64,000 nucleotides of DNA from Camelus dromedarius (lineage: Eukaryota), in assembly GCF_036321535.1 (NCBI RefSeq), contig NC_087438.1, forward strand, positions 622,001-686,000. Reading direction: 5' to 3'. The position numbers and the translations under genes are program-made. This document shows, in pieces, positions 62,342-64,000 of this stretch. Positions within the stretch are counted from its first letter, which is position 1; the number at the start of each line of letters is the position of its first letter. The notes below the pieces were generated by a model. The model did not search any database. It was not told the DNA's origin and saw only the letters and a list, made by a program, of their open reading frames with translations.

Positions 62342-63579
62342 ACAGGGCCTCTACCGCCGGCCCCGCCCTCCAGTCCATGCCCGTCTCAGAAGCCAGATGT
62401 CCCTAAAAACACACCTGATCTCTCTCTTCCGGCCTCCACCCTCCCCACTCACCCCCATCCTGTGGGCAAAGGTCGGGGTCCCGAACTCCTTCCTCCCCGA
62501 GTGACCCCCACCCGCCTTCCCTGGCCTATTCCTCGAATGTCAGTGTGAACCAGTCCCATGGAGTGGAGAGGGTGTAGACCGCGCCTGGCAGAGTCGGGCA
62601 GAGGCAGGAAGACAGAGTCCATGCTCCAGCGAAGGCCACGGGGCTGGGAAGGACAGGGTGGGGGGCAGGGAGGGTTCTGCCAAAGGTCGACCCTGGAGGC
62701 TGGACAGAGGCCGCTGGGAAGGACATTCCCCAAGGAAGTCTCTGTGGTGGGGCGGGTGTGGCCCCGACCTCAGGGCAGGCAGGCTGGGGGACCAGGGACC
62801 TCAGGACTGGGGGTAGGGGCACGGGGACACCCTCCCACTCACTGCATCAGAAGCTGTGCCCAAATTCCCACTCAGCCTTCAATGTCGGCTTGGATGTGAC
62901 CCCTGCCGGGATGCCCGCCCCCAGCCCAGGGGCCAGACTGGGCCACCCCCTGCCCCCTGCAACCACTGCGGTCACCCTATGGAGGCCACATCATTCTCTG
63001 GGTGCACCATTGGCTCCCTGTGTCTCCCGGCCTGACTGGTCTGCCCTGGGGGCAGGGACCCTGATTCCCACTGCCGTCCTGGTGCCCAGCGAGGGGCTGC
63101 CTCACTCGTGGCTCCCGCAGGAAGGACAGAAATCCCTAGGGCAGGGCTGAGAGGCAGCAGGGGGATGGTTTTGAGTCCCATGACAACCCGTGTGGACAGG
63201 GGCCCTGGAGCGGCTCTGGGTACCTGATGCTGGTGGACCCTGCCTCTGAGGAGCTTTTTAGAGCCCAGAGCTCAGGCGGGAGGGGTCCAGCTGCTCTGAG
63301 TCAGTGTGAACAGGGCCAGGGGGGCTGCCCCCAGGGCCCCGGGCTCCAGCTTCTGTACCTGGACCCAGACAGGGAACAGGGTTGGGAGTGCCCGCTGTCT
63401 GGGAGAGGGCCTGCTGCCTCCTCTGAAGTGGGGGTGTGGCTGATGGGAGAGGCTCCGTGGGTCTGGGGGAGACCCCTGTCCTGCAGGACCAGGTGGGATG
63501 AGGTCCCTCCTCCCAGAGTGCGGGGGTGGGAGAGCCTCACCTGTGCTGTCAGGCTTGCTCGGGGGAGGGTCCAGGCGCC

Positions 63580-63760
63580 ACGGCCGATAAGGCATTAACC
63601 GTCTGGCGGACTCGCCCTCCAGATCTGCTGACGCTTCCTTTCGGCCCAGGTGCTCAGGGTGAGGAGCCAAAGGTTCCCTATAAAGTGCTGGGGCTCTGGC
63701 CAGCGGCCACTCGCCCTCGCTCCGGGGCTGCACGCCACGAGGACCCACCCAGCGACCACG
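63580..63760 (+). promoter_or_regulatory. SLC6A19: SLC6A19 proximal promoter: TATA box, HNF4-like DR1, HNF1-like site
   Basis: TATAAA 63679-63684; GAGCCAAAGGTTC (DR1-like) 63664-63676; GATAAG 63586-63591 overlapping an HNF1 half-site ATTAAC 63594-63599. Confidence 0.75.
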
Positions 63761-63962
63761 ATGGTGAGGCTGGTGCTGCCCAACCCGGGGCTGGAGGCCC
63801 GGACCCCATCCCTGGGCCAGCTGGAGCACATTGAGGAGGAGGAGAGAAGCTCCCGGCCCAAGTGGGACAACAAGGCCCAGTACATGCTCACCTGCGTGGG
63901 CTTCTGTGTGGGCCTGGGCAACGTGTGGCGCTTCCCCTACCTGTGCCAGAGCCACGGTGGAG
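63761..63962 (+). CDS. SLC6A19: SLC6A19 (B0AT1 neutral amino acid transporter) coding exon 1; gene continues beyond the window
   Basis: acgATGG at 63761; [67 protein letters not shown](G) carries the SLC6 TM1 motif [11 protein letters not shown] and the B0AT1-type N-terminus. Donor |GTAGGC; 202 nt. Divergent synteny with SLC12A7. Confidence 0.96.
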
Positions 63963-64000
63963 GTAGGCGGGGTCCGTCCGGGTGCAACAGCATGGACGTC

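Noticed and set aside
63272..63955. 227-aa minus strand ORF
   Set aside because: Antisense shadow of SLC6A19 exon 1 and its promoter.
1..64000. CRISPR array, tRNA/rRNA or prokaryote-type system
   Set aside because: The sequence is intron-containing mammalian DNA; tandem arrays lack unique spacers and no structural RNA gene was recognised.

Overview
GC-rich mammalian genomic DNA. No Alu, B1/B2, Bov-tA/CHR, PRE-1 or carnivore SINE was recognised, so it is probably a non-primate, non-rodent eutherian. The window spans the head-to-head SLC12A7 / SLC6A19 locus. The minus strand carries coding exons 1-4 of SLC12A7 (KCC4 K-Cl cotransporter): 124, 95, 123 and 147 nt, all with GT-AG sites and consistent phases. 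The gene continues beyond position 1. The plus strand carries the promoter and coding exon 1 of SLC6A19 (B0AT1) at the far end. The most notable signal is a second CpG island about 23 kb upstream of the canonical SLC12A7 start. It holds a 190-nt phase-1 exon starting MSQRFVVTP that would splice in frame onto exon 2, giving a candidate KCC4 isoform with an RFxV SPAK/OSR1 docking motif like KCC2a and KCC3a. Other features are an apparently intact solo ERV1-type LTR with a 4-bp TSD, a 12-bp minisatellite inside an MLT1 LTR, many old L1/L2/MIR/MaLR fragments and simple repeats. Most ORFs in the supplied track are artefacts of high GC content. There is no CRISPR array or prokaryote-like system. Repeat family names come from recalled consensus similarity, not from a search.
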